Shown: positions 1 through 7,747 of the stretch, piece after piece
Numbering within the stretch: the first letter of the stretch is position 1
How the letters are laid out: every line of letters starts with the position of its first letter
Origin: Rhodobacter sp.
GTDB taxonomy: Bacteria > Pseudomonadota > Alphaproteobacteria > Rhodobacterales > Rhodobacteraceae
Direction of reading: 5' to 3'
Length of the DNA stretch: 64,000 nt
Assembly (NCBI GenBank): GCA_048262455.1
Contig: JBLXFD010000018.1
Location: 7,030-71,029, forward strand
The notes under the pieces: model-generated
Databases searched by the model: none
What the model was told of the DNA's origin: nothing
What the model saw: the letters and a program-made list of their open reading frames with translations, nothing else
Translations under genes and position numbers: made by a program

Positions 1-1406
1 GACGGCTGTACCTGGTCGAGGGCACGCCCGGCTCCGGCAAGACCACGCTGGCGATGAAGTTCCTGCTGGAGGGGCGCGACGCGGGCGAGAAATCGCTTTA
101 CATCACCCTGTCCGAGACGGTGGACGAGCTGCAGTCCGTCGCGCGTTCGCACCACTGGTCGCTGGACGACATCCACCTGCACGAGGTGATCGCCGAGGCG
201 GATTTCGCGCCCGACCAGGAACAATCTCTGCTGCATCCCAGCGATGTCGAACTGGGCGAGACCGTGCGCGGTGTGATGGCGCAGGTCGAGAAGGTGAACC
301 CGGACCGGGTGGTGCTGGACAGCCTGTCGGACCTGCGGCTGCTGGCGCAGAACCCGCTGCGCTACCGCCGGCAGATCCTGGCGCTGAAGCACTTCTTTGC
401 CCGCCGCAACTGCTGCGTGCTGGTGCTGGACGATTGTTCGTCAGAGCCGGGCGACCTGCAGCTGCATTCCATCGCCCACGGCGTCATCGCGCTGGAGCAG
501 CTGTCGAACGACTTCGGCGCGGAACGACGGCGCCTGCGGATCGTCAAGATGCGCGGGCTGAAGTACCGGGGCGGGTATCACGACATCTCGATCCTCACGG
601 GCGGCATCGCCGTCTACCCCCGCCTGATCGCCGCCTCGCACCACCGCGAGTTCGAGCATGATCTCGTCTCCACCGGGATGTCGCGGCTCGACGCGCTGCT
701 GGGGGGCGGGCTGGCGCCGGGCACCAACACGCTGCTGAACGGGCCCGCCGGGGTGGGCAAGACCACCACCGCCGTCCGCTGCATGCTGAGCTTCATGCAG
801 CAGGGCGGCAGGGCGGCACTGTTCCTGTTCGACGAGCGTCTTGCCACGCTGCTGGCCCGGTCCCAGTCGCTGGACATGGACCTGCAGCCCTATATCGACA
901 ACGGCCAGCTGCAGCTGCGCCAGATCGACCCGGCAGAGCTGTCGCCGGGGGAATTCGCGCACCACGTGCAGACCGCGGTGGAACAGGACGACCGCGGCTT
1001 CGTGGTGATCGACAGCCTTAACGCCTACCTGCACGCCATGCCCTCGGACAACTTCCTGCTGCTGCAGATGCACGAACTGCTGAGCTACCTGTCGCAGCAG
1101 GGCGTGGTGTCGCTCATGGTGCTGGGCCAGCACGGGGTTACGGGCGAGCTGCGCAGCGACGTGGACATCAGCTACCTCGCCGACACGGTGATGCTGCTGC
1201 GCTTCTTCGAGGCGGAGGGGATGGTGCGCAAGTCGGTGGCGGTCATAAAGACCCGCACCACCGACCACGAGCGTTCCATCCGCGAGTTCACGATCGATTC
1301 CTCCGGGATCAACTTCGGCCCGCCGATCACATCCTTTTCGGGTATCCTTTCCGGGGTGCCAAGCTATACCCGGGATGCGAGCGCCCTGATGACCGGCAGC
1401 GAATGA
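1..1406 (+). CDS. kaiC: KaiC-family double RecA-domain ATPase (5' end cut by window edge)
   Basis: Track ORF 54..1406 stays open in frame back to nt 3 (..RLYLVEGTPGSGKTTLAMKF..). There are two RecA/KaiC-like halves, each with a Walker A (GTPGSGKTT; GPAGVGKTT) and a hydrophobic strand plus Asp (VVLDSLS; VVIDSLN). The stop overlaps the next start (ATGA at 1403-1406). Confidence 0.85.
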   Translation, partial: RLYLVEGTPGSGKTTLAMKFLLEGRDAGEKSLYITLSETVDELQSVARSHHWSLDDIHLHEVIAEADFAPDQEQSLLHPSDVELGETVRGVMAQVEKVNPDRVVLDSLSDLRLLAQNPLRYRRQILALKHFFARRNCCVLVLDDCSSEPGDLQLHSIAHGVIALEQLSNDFGAERRRLRIVKMRGLKYRGGYHDISILTGGIAVYPRLIAASHHREFEHDLVSTGMSRLDALLGGGLAPGTNTLLNGPAGVGKTTTAVRCMLSFMQQGGRAALFLFDERLATLLARSQSLDMDLQPYIDNGQLQLRQIDPAELSPGEFAHHVQTAVEQDDRGFVVIDSLNAYLHAMPSDNFLLLQMHELLSYLSQQGVVSLMVLGQHGVTGELRSDVDISYLADTVMLLRFFEAEGMVRKSVAVIKTRTTDHERSIREFTIDSSGINFGPPITSFSGILSGVPSYTRDASALMTGSE

Positions 1407-3775
1407 GGGACGGAGACCACGCCTTGGTGACATCCGACGACACTCCGGCGCCGGATCCGGGCGCGGTTGCGGTCTTCACCCCCTACGGGCGCGACTCTGC
1501 CGTGGCGGCGCAGCTGCTGGAAGGCGACGGTATCGCGGTGGCGCCGGCGGGATCCCTGTCGGAGATCGCCGAGATGCTGCGCAGCGGGATCGGCGCCGCG
1601 CTGGTCACCGAGGAATCCCTGACCGGCGATGGGTTCGAGGCGGTGAGGGCGGCGCTGCGCGACCAGCCCGCCTGGTCCGACACCCCCTTCATCGTTCTGG
1701 CCAACGGCGCGGCCGGCGGGCGATCCTCGCAGGCCCGCGCCCGGGTCGACGCGCTGGGCAACGCGGTGCTGCTGTCGCGCCCGCTGCACAGCGAGGAACT
1801 GCTGCGCGCCGTCCGCTCTGCCCTCACCGCCCGCACCCGCCAGCACGAGGCCCGCGAGCGGCTGGAAGAGCTGCAGCTGCGCGAGCAGCAGCTGCGCGAG
1901 AGCGAGGCGAAGTTCCACGCCATCGCCAACTCTGTCGACCAGATGATCTGGTCCACCCTGCCCGACGGCTACCACGACTACTACAACGACCGCTGGTACG
2001 AATACACCGGCGTGCCGCGCGGCTCGACCGACGGCGAGGCCTGGAACGGCATGTTCCACGAGGACGACCAGGAACTGGCATGGCGGGTCTGGCGGCATTC
2101 GCTGGCGACCGGCAAGCCCTACGAGATCGAGTACCGGCTGCGGCACCGCAGCGGCGAGTACCGCTGGGTGCTGGGCCGGGCGCAGGCGGTGCGCGACGAG
2201 GCCGGCAAGATCACCCGCTGGTACGGATCCTGTACCGACATCCATGAAGAGGTGACGGCCCGCGCCCGGCGCGAGGACGACCTGACGCGCCAGCGCGACC
2301 AGGCATGGCACCAGTCGCTGGACCTGATGGCCGTGGCCGCGCCCACGGGCGAGTTCGTGGCGGTGAACGCCGCCTGGACCCGCCTTCTGGGCTGGTCCGA
2401 GGCGGAACTGATCGGCCGGACGAACGTCGACTTTCTCCCGCCCGAGGATCTCGAAGCCAGCATGGAGGTCTTCCGCTCCGTCGCCGAGACGCCGCTGATC
2501 GAGCCCTACGAGGCCCGGGTGCTGCACAAGGACGGCAGCTATCGCTGGTTCGCCTGGACCGCCTCCATGCACGAGGGCAAGCTCTACGCCTCCGGGCGCG
2601 ACGTGACCGAACGCCGGGCCAAGGACGCCGCCCTCGCCGGGGCCGAGGCGGCGCTGCGGCAAAGCCAGAAGCTGGACATGATCGGGCAGCTGACGGGCGG
2701 CGTGGCGCATGACTTCAACAACCTGCTGATGGCGATCCGCGCCAGCATGGACCTGCTGCGCCGACGCCTGCCCGACACCGACCAGACGGTAACCCGCTAC
2801 ATCGACAACGCCATCAGCGCCACCGAGCGGGGCGCCGGGCTGACCCAGCGGATGCTGGCCTTCGCCCGCAAGCAGGACCTGCGCGCCGAGGCGGTGGACG
2901 TGGGCGCCGTGGTGCCCGGCCTGCGCGATCTGCTGCAGCGCGCGCTGGGCCCGCAGGTGGAAATCGCCATAGAGACCGCGCCGGACCTGCCGCCGGCGAT
3001 GGTGGACACCAACCAGTTGGAGATGGCCATCCTGAACCTCGCCGTGAACGGCCGCGACGCCATGGAGGGGGTGGGAGAGCTGACCCTCACCATCGAGTCG
3101 ATGGAGGCCCGCGACTGCCCCGACCTCGCCCCCGGGCGCTACCTGTGCATCTCGGTGCACGACACCGGCGCCGGGATGGACGAAGAGACCCTGTCGCAGG
3201 CGATGGAGCCGTTCTTTACCACCAAGGGCGTCGGCAAGGGCACCGGCCTCGGGCTGTCCATGGTGCACGGGCTGGCCAAGCAGTCGGGCGGCACCTTCGT
3301 GCTGGAAAGCGCGCCGGGCAAGGGCACCACCGCCAAGCTGTACCTGCCCGTGGCTTCCTCCGATACCGCCGTGCCGGTGCCGGCGGCCGAGGACCCCCGC
3401 GCCGGCGGCACCGGGCCGCGCAAGCTGCGGCGGGTGATCCTGACGGTGGACGACGATTTCCTCGTCGCCATGGGCACCACGGGCCTGCTGGAAGACCTCG
3501 GCCACGAGGTGATCGAGGTGCATTCCGGCCGCGAGGCGCTGGAGGCGCTGGCGCAGCGGCCGGACATCGATCTCGTGGTCACCGACCAGGCGATGCCGCG
3601 CATGACGGGGGTCGAACTGGCCCGCCAGATCCGCGCGCTGCGGCCCGACCTGCCGGTGGTGCTGGCCACCGGCTATGCCGACATGCCCGAGGGCGGCGCG
3701 GAATACATCACCGCGCGGCTGGAAAAACCCTTTTCGGATTCGGCCCTTGCGCGCGTGCTGGCGGAACTCGGCTGA
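1403..3775 (+). CDS. Hybrid sensor histidine kinase/response regulator with N-terminal pseudo-receiver and two PAS domains
   Basis: The N-terminal receiver-like region has altered signature residues (LVTEESL instead of an acceptor Asp; LSRP instead of KP). A coiled linker and two PAS modules follow (..EYRWVLGRAQAV.. and ..SYRWFAWTASMH..). H-box GGVAHDFNNLL; HATPase N/G boxes (LAVNGRDAM, DTGAGM, GTGLGLS). The C-terminal receiver is canonical (VDDD, VVTDQAMP, LATGY, EKPF). Confidence 0.9.
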   Translation: MRDGDHALVTSDDTPAPDPGAVAVFTPYGRDSAVAAQLLEGDGIAVAPAGSLSEIAEMLRSGIGAALVTEESLTGDGFEAVRAALRDQPAWSDTPFIVLANGAAGGRSSQARARVDALGNAVLLSRPLHSEELLRAVRSALTARTRQHEARERLEELQLREQQLRESEAKFHAIANSVDQMIWSTLPDGYHDYYNDRWYEYTGVPRGSTDGEAWNGMFHEDDQELAWRVWRHSLATGKPYEIEYRLRHRSGEYRWVLGRAQAVRDEAGKITRWYGSCTDIHEEVTARARREDDLTRQRDQAWHQSLDLMAVAAPTGEFVAVNAAWTRLLGWSEAELIGRTNVDFLPPEDLEASMEVFRSVAETPLIEPYEARVLHKDGSYRWFAWTASMHEGKLYASGRDVTERRAKDAALAGAEAALRQSQKLDMIGQLTGGVAHDFNNLLMAIRASMDLLRRRLPDTDQTVTRYIDNAISATERGAGLTQRMLAFARKQDLRAEAVDVGAVVPGLRDLLQRALGPQVEIAIETAPDLPPAMVDTNQLEMAILNLAVNGRDAMEGVGELTLTIESMEARDCPDLAPGRYLCISVHDTGAGMDEETLSQAMEPFFTTKGVGKGTGLGLSMVHGLAKQSGGTFVLESAPGKGTTAKLYLPVASSDTAVPVPAAEDPRAGGTGPRKLRRVILTVDDDFLVAMGTTGLLEDLGHEVIEVHSGREALEALAQRPDIDLVVTDQAMPRMTGVELARQIRALRPDLPVVLATGYADMPEGGAEYITARLEKPFSDSALARVLAELG

Positions 3776-3943
3776 TTTCATGAGCGCCATGGTAAAAGCG
3801 GAATTCTGCCTGTATCGATTCGCGCGCAAGTGGCGCTCCTGCGCCCAGAGCAACGCGACGGACGCCGCGACCGCAGGCGCACCCTTCTGTCCGGCGCGTT
3901 TTGTCCAAATTGCCCCGGCGGCAACACATCGAAAGAGAGTTTA

Positions 3944-4825
3944 ATGGCTGCTCCAAAAATCTCCGAGGTACTTGCGATCCTGGAAGAGGAGTTCAACGAG
4001 GTCATGCAGGCCTGGTTCAAGACCCAGCGCCGCGAGGGCGTCCGCCGCCCCGACCTGTTTTCGAACGCCGAGAGCGAGCGCCAGCTGGGAGAACTGCTGC
4101 AGGCCTTCATCGACGGCGCCCGGAAGGTCCAGCTGGACCGCCCCGTCGACCTGAGCGACGACAGCTGGACCAACCTGCGCGACATCCTGTCGGAAGTGGC
4201 GCGCGAGCGGCTGGAACGCGGCGTCTCTCCCACCGAGATGGCCACCATGATCCTCGCGCTGAAACAGCCGCTTCACGCGCGCCTGCGCGAGCGGCTGGCG
4301 GGCAAGCCCGACCGGCTGGTCGAGGAGATCACCCAGCTGTCGCGCATCGTCGACGCCTTCGCGATGCACATCAACGAGGAATTCCTGGCCGAGCGTGACC
4401 AGATCATCGACCGCCAGCGCATGGAAATGATGGAACTGTCCACCCCGGTGGTGCAGCTCTGGGAACGGATCCTGACGATCCCGCTGATCGGCACCCTCGA
4501 TTCCGCCCGCGCGCAGGAGGTGATGGAGAACCTGCTGAACTCGATCGTCGAGCACCGGGCCGAGGTGGTGATCGTCGACATCACCGGCGTCAAGGTGGTG
4601 GACACCCAGGTCGCCCAGCACCTGCTGCGGACCGCCGCCGCGGTGCGGCTGATGGGGGCCGAGGCGATCATCAGCGGCATCAGCCCGAAGATCGCCCAGA
4701 CCATGGTGGAACTCGGCGTCGACGTGGGCGAGGTCACCACCCGCCCCAGCATCCGCGCGGCCTTGGCCGACGCCTTCCTGCGGGTCGGCTTCCAGATCCG
4801 CCGGTCGGAAGACTCCCGTGTCTGA
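3944..4825 (+). CDS. rsbR: RsbR-like stressosome scaffold/sensor protein (N-terminal sensor domain + C-terminal STAS)
   Basis: An internal ATG at 3944 is preceded by GAAAGAGAG; the track ORF upstream of it (from 3830) is Arg-rich junk. The C-terminal STAS domain reads ..ELSTPVVQLWERILTIPLIGTLDSARAQ..VVIVDITGVKVVDTQVAQHLL..ISGISPKIAQTMVELG. Confidence 0.85.
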   Translation: MAAPKISEVLAILEEEFNEVMQAWFKTQRREGVRRPDLFSNAESERQLGELLQAFIDGARKVQLDRPVDLSDDSWTNLRDILSEVARERLERGVSPTEMATMILALKQPLHARLRERLAGKPDRLVEEITQLSRIVDAFAMHINEEFLAERDQIIDRQRMEMMELSTPVVQLWERILTIPLIGTLDSARAQEVMENLLNSIVEHRAEVVIVDITGVKVVDTQVAQHLLRTAAAVRLMGAEAIISGISPKIAQTMVELGVDVGEVTTRPSIRAALADAFLRVGFQIRRSEDSRV

Positions 4826-5180
4826 GGCGGCGTCGGTCTACATGGTTGAGAACGTGCTGTTGATCGCGATCCGCGACAACATCACCGATACCGACATCAT
4901 AGGCCTGCAGGAGGAACTGTCCGAGCGCATCGTGTCCGAGCGCGCCCGCGGCATCGTCATCGACATCGCGGCGCTGGAGATCGTCGACACCTTCGTCGGC
5001 CGCATCCTGGCGCAGCTTTCGGCCATCGGCCACCTGCTGGGCGCCGAGACCTACACCGTCGGCATGCAGCCGGCGGTGGCGATGACGCTGGTCGAGCTGG
5101 GGATGGACTTCAAGGGCAGCAAGACCGCGCTCAGCCTGTCGCACGCGCTCCGCGCGCTCAAGGCGAAAGGCCTGGCATGA
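4818..5180 (+). CDS. rsbS: RsbS-like single-STAS-domain stressosome protein
   Basis: 120-aa STAS-only protein (..LLIAIRDNITDTDIIGLQEEL..GIVIDIAALEIVDTFVGRIL..VGMQPAVAMTLVELG). The GTG start overlaps the rsbR stop by 8 nt; an alternative ATG lies at 4842. Confidence 0.8.
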   Translation: MSEAASVYMVENVLLIAIRDNITDTDIIGLQEELSERIVSERARGIVIDIAALEIVDTFVGRILAQLSAIGHLLGAETYTVGMQPAVAMTLVELGMDFKGSKTALSLSHALRALKAKGLA

Positions 5181-5584
5181 AGCCGCCCCAGCCGGGGCTC
5201 GCCGCGACGGTGCCGCTGGAAAAGGAACGCGACATCGCCGCCGCGCGCATCGCGGTGTCGAACGTGCTGGACCAGCTGGGGGCGAAGACACTGGCCAAGG
5301 TGCGCTTCGTCACCGCCGTCTCCGAGATCGCCCGCAACGCGCTGGTGCACGGGCTGGGCGGGGTGCTGGAGATCACCGTGCTGGACACGCCCCGCGGGAT
5401 CCGGGTGCGTTGTACCGACAGCGGCCCCGGCATCCCGGATGTCGAACAGGCGATGTCGGACGGCTACAGCACCGCCGGCAGCCTCGGCAAGGGCCTCGGC
5501 GGGGCGCGCCGGCTGGTCGACCGTTTCCGCATCGAGGCCCGCCCTGACGGCGGCACGATCATCGAGATGACCACGCATATATGA
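5177..5584 (+). CDS. rsbT: RsbT-like GHKL serine-protein kinase / switch protein
   Basis: 135-aa stand-alone GHKL fold with N-box EIARNALVHG, DSGPGIPD and G-box GKGLGGARRL. ATGA overlap with rsbS. Confidence 0.8.
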   Translation: MKPPQPGLAATVPLEKERDIAAARIAVSNVLDQLGAKTLAKVRFVTAVSEIARNALVHGLGGVLEITVLDTPRGIRVRCTDSGPGIPDVEQAMSDGYSTAGSLGKGLGGARRLVDRFRIEARPDGGTIIEMTTHI

Positions 5585-6588
5585 AGCATTCCCTCGACAT
5601 CACCGAACCCAGCGGCATCGCCGAATGCCGCCGCCTGGCACGCCGGCTGGCAGAGCAATGCGGCATGGACGAGGAGCGGATCGAGCGTGTCTCGATCGTC
5701 GCCACCGAGGCCGCCACCAACCTGCTGCGCCACGCCGGCGGCGGGCAGGTGCTGCTGCAGCAGCAGCCGGTGGACGGCAGCCCCTGGCTGGCGCTGGCGG
5801 CGATGGACAAGGGCCCCGGCATCCCCGACCTGGACGAGGCGCAGCAGGACGGCTTTTCCACCGGCTCCAGCTCCGGCACCGGGCTGGGGGCCATGCGGCG
5901 GCTGTCGGACCGGTTCGAGATCACCTCGACCCCCGGCAAGGGCACGCTGCTGCTGTGCGAGATGGGCCGCGGCACCCGCAGCATCGGCGGCGTCGAGGTG
6001 GGGGCCTTCCTTGCCAACTACCCCAAGCAGGAGGCCTGCGGCGACGGCTGGACCGCGCGTAACCGCAAGGGCGTGGTGGAACTGCTGCTGGTGGACGGGC
6101 TGGGCCACGGCGCCAACGCCGAGGTGGCGGCCGCCGAGGCGGTGGAGGCCTTCGACCGGCTGGAGGACCCGAGCCCCGCCCGGCTGATCGCCCAGGTCTC
6201 GAACGAGTTGGCGGGCACCCGCGGCTCGGTCGGCTGCGTGGCGCGGCTGGAGGCGGCGGACGGGCGGCTTTCGCTGGCGGGGATCGGCAATATCTCGGCG
6301 CTGCTGGTCTCCGGCGCCGGCGAGGTCAAGCGGATGATCAGCCGCGAGGGCCGGCTGGGCGGCGCGGTGCGCATGCCCCCGGTCGAGGAGGCCTCGATCC
6401 GTCCCGGCGACACGCTGATCCTGCACACCGACGGGCTGGCCACCCTGCGCTCGGCCACCGATTTCCCCGGAATGGCGCGTCAGAGCCCCGCCATGGTCGC
6501 TGCGATGTTGATGCAGTCGCAAATCCGTGGCACCGACGACGCGGGGGTGTTGGTGGCGCGGCCGGTGCCGCGCGAGGAAGTGCGCTGA
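5581..6588 (+). CDS. RsbT/RsbW-like GHKL module fused to PP2C (SpoIIE-type) phosphatase
   Basis: The N-terminal module has EAATNLLRHAGGG, DKGPGIPD and GTGLGAMRRL. The C-terminal PP2C has motifs GDGW, LLVDGLGHGANAE and LILHTDGL. ATGA overlap with rsbT. Confidence 0.8.
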   Translation: MKHSLDITEPSGIAECRRLARRLAEQCGMDEERIERVSIVATEAATNLLRHAGGGQVLLQQQPVDGSPWLALAAMDKGPGIPDLDEAQQDGFSTGSSSGTGLGAMRRLSDRFEITSTPGKGTLLLCEMGRGTRSIGGVEVGAFLANYPKQEACGDGWTARNRKGVVELLLVDGLGHGANAEVAAAEAVEAFDRLEDPSPARLIAQVSNELAGTRGSVGCVARLEAADGRLSLAGIGNISALLVSGAGEVKRMISREGRLGGAVRMPPVEEASIRPGDTLILHTDGLATLRSATDFPGMARQSPAMVAAMLMQSQIRGTDDAGVLVARPVPREEVR

Positions 6589-7745
6589 TGCAACTCGCGA
6601 ACCTGAAGATCGAGACCGACAAGGACATCCCGCGTCTGCGCGAGCTGGGTCAGGCCGCCGCAGAGGCCTGCGGCATCCAGCGCTTCCACGTCACCCGCGT
6701 CGTCACCGCGCTGCTGGAGATGGGGCGCAACGTGCTGCAGCACGGCGGCGGCGGCAAGCTGCGGCTTTCGCTGATGCGTCGGGGCGACAAGGTGGTGCTG
6801 ATCGCCGATGCCACCGACCAGGGCCCCGGCATCACCGATGTCGAGGGGCACCTGAGCGGCCGGCTGGCCGGTGTCGGGTCGGGCATGGGGCTGGGGCTGC
6901 GCGGTCTTGCCCGGCTGGCCGAGGATCTCGACGTGCAGACCGGCAGCGAGGGCACCCACGTCGCCGCCAGCTTCTCCACCCCCATCGCCCCCGCCGATTT
7001 TGACAAGCGCGCGGCCGAGGTGCTGGCCACGCTGGAACGGCTGAAGCACTCGGACCCCGCCGAAATGCTGGTGCAGCAGAACCGCGACCTGGTGGACGTG
7101 CTGGCAGAGCGCGACCTGCTGATGGCCGAGCTGCACCACCGGGTGAAGAACAACCTGTCGCTGGTCACCGCGCTGATGCGGCTGTCGCGCAAGTCGGCGA
7201 AGTCCGAGGAGACCAAGCAGGTGCTGCGCGACCTCGAGATGCAGATGCGCGCCATCGTGCTGGTGCACGACCGGCTGCAGCACTCCGGCGCCAGCGACCG
7301 GGTGCCCCTGACCCCGCTTCTCGAGGTGGTGGCGCAGCAGTACCGCACTGCCTTCGGCGTCTCCAACCGCGAGGTGGGGGTCGCGGTGCGCGGCGCCGAC
7401 GTGATCCTTGACGGCCGCGCCATCACCGACATCGCGCTGGCGGTGGGCGAACTGATCACCAACGCCCTGAAGCACGCCTTCGTGGGCCGCGACCGGGGCC
7501 TGATCGAGGTCAACGTGGCGCTGGACGACACGCACCTGCTGATCACCGTGGCCGACGACGGCGTCGGCCTGCCCCCCGAGGTCGACCGGCCGGAACGCTC
7601 GGACTCCCTCGGCTGGGTGATGATCCGCAACGCGGTGCAGAAGCATGGCGGCTTCCTGCGGACCCATTCGGAAAAGGGCCTGTCAGTGGAAATGACGCTG
7701 GTGGCCGAAGCGGTGGGCGCCACCCGGCAGGCCGAGGTAATCTGA
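6588..7745 (+). CDS. RsbT-like GHKL module fused to HisKA_2-type histidine kinase
   Basis: N-terminal third RsbT-like module (EMGRNVLQHGGGG, DQGPGITD, GMGLGLRGL), then a HisKA_2 H-box (ELHHRVKNNLSLVTALMRL) and HATPase_c (ELITNALKHAF, DDGVGLP, LGWVMIRN). TGATG overlap with the previous gene. Confidence 0.8.
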   Translation: MQLANLKIETDKDIPRLRELGQAAAEACGIQRFHVTRVVTALLEMGRNVLQHGGGGKLRLSLMRRGDKVVLIADATDQGPGITDVEGHLSGRLAGVGSGMGLGLRGLARLAEDLDVQTGSEGTHVAASFSTPIAPADFDKRAAEVLATLERLKHSDPAEMLVQQNRDLVDVLAERDLLMAELHHRVKNNLSLVTALMRLSRKSAKSEETKQVLRDLEMQMRAIVLVHDRLQHSGASDRVPLTPLLEVVAQQYRTAFGVSNREVGVAVRGADVILDGRAITDIALAVGELITNALKHAFVGRDRGLIEVNVALDDTHLLITVADDGVGLPPEVDRPERSDSLGWVMIRNAVQKHGGFLRTHSEKGLSVEMTLVAEAVGATRQAEVI

Positions 7746-7747
7746 CC

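Noticed and set aside
1364-3853. 829-aa minus-strand ORF covering the whole hybrid kinase gene
   Set aside because: It is antisense to a gene with clear PAS/HisKA/HATPase/receiver motifs. Its translation is Arg/Gly/His/Ala-rich low complexity with no motif. This is a typical stop-poor antisense frame in very GC-rich DNA.
1-7745. KaiC/STAS/GHKL cluster as an anti-phage defence system
   Set aside because: There are no nuclease, TIR, Sir2, helicase-nuclease, toxin or other effector-type domains. Every component is a recognisable signal-transduction domain, and the partner-switching logic explains the set.
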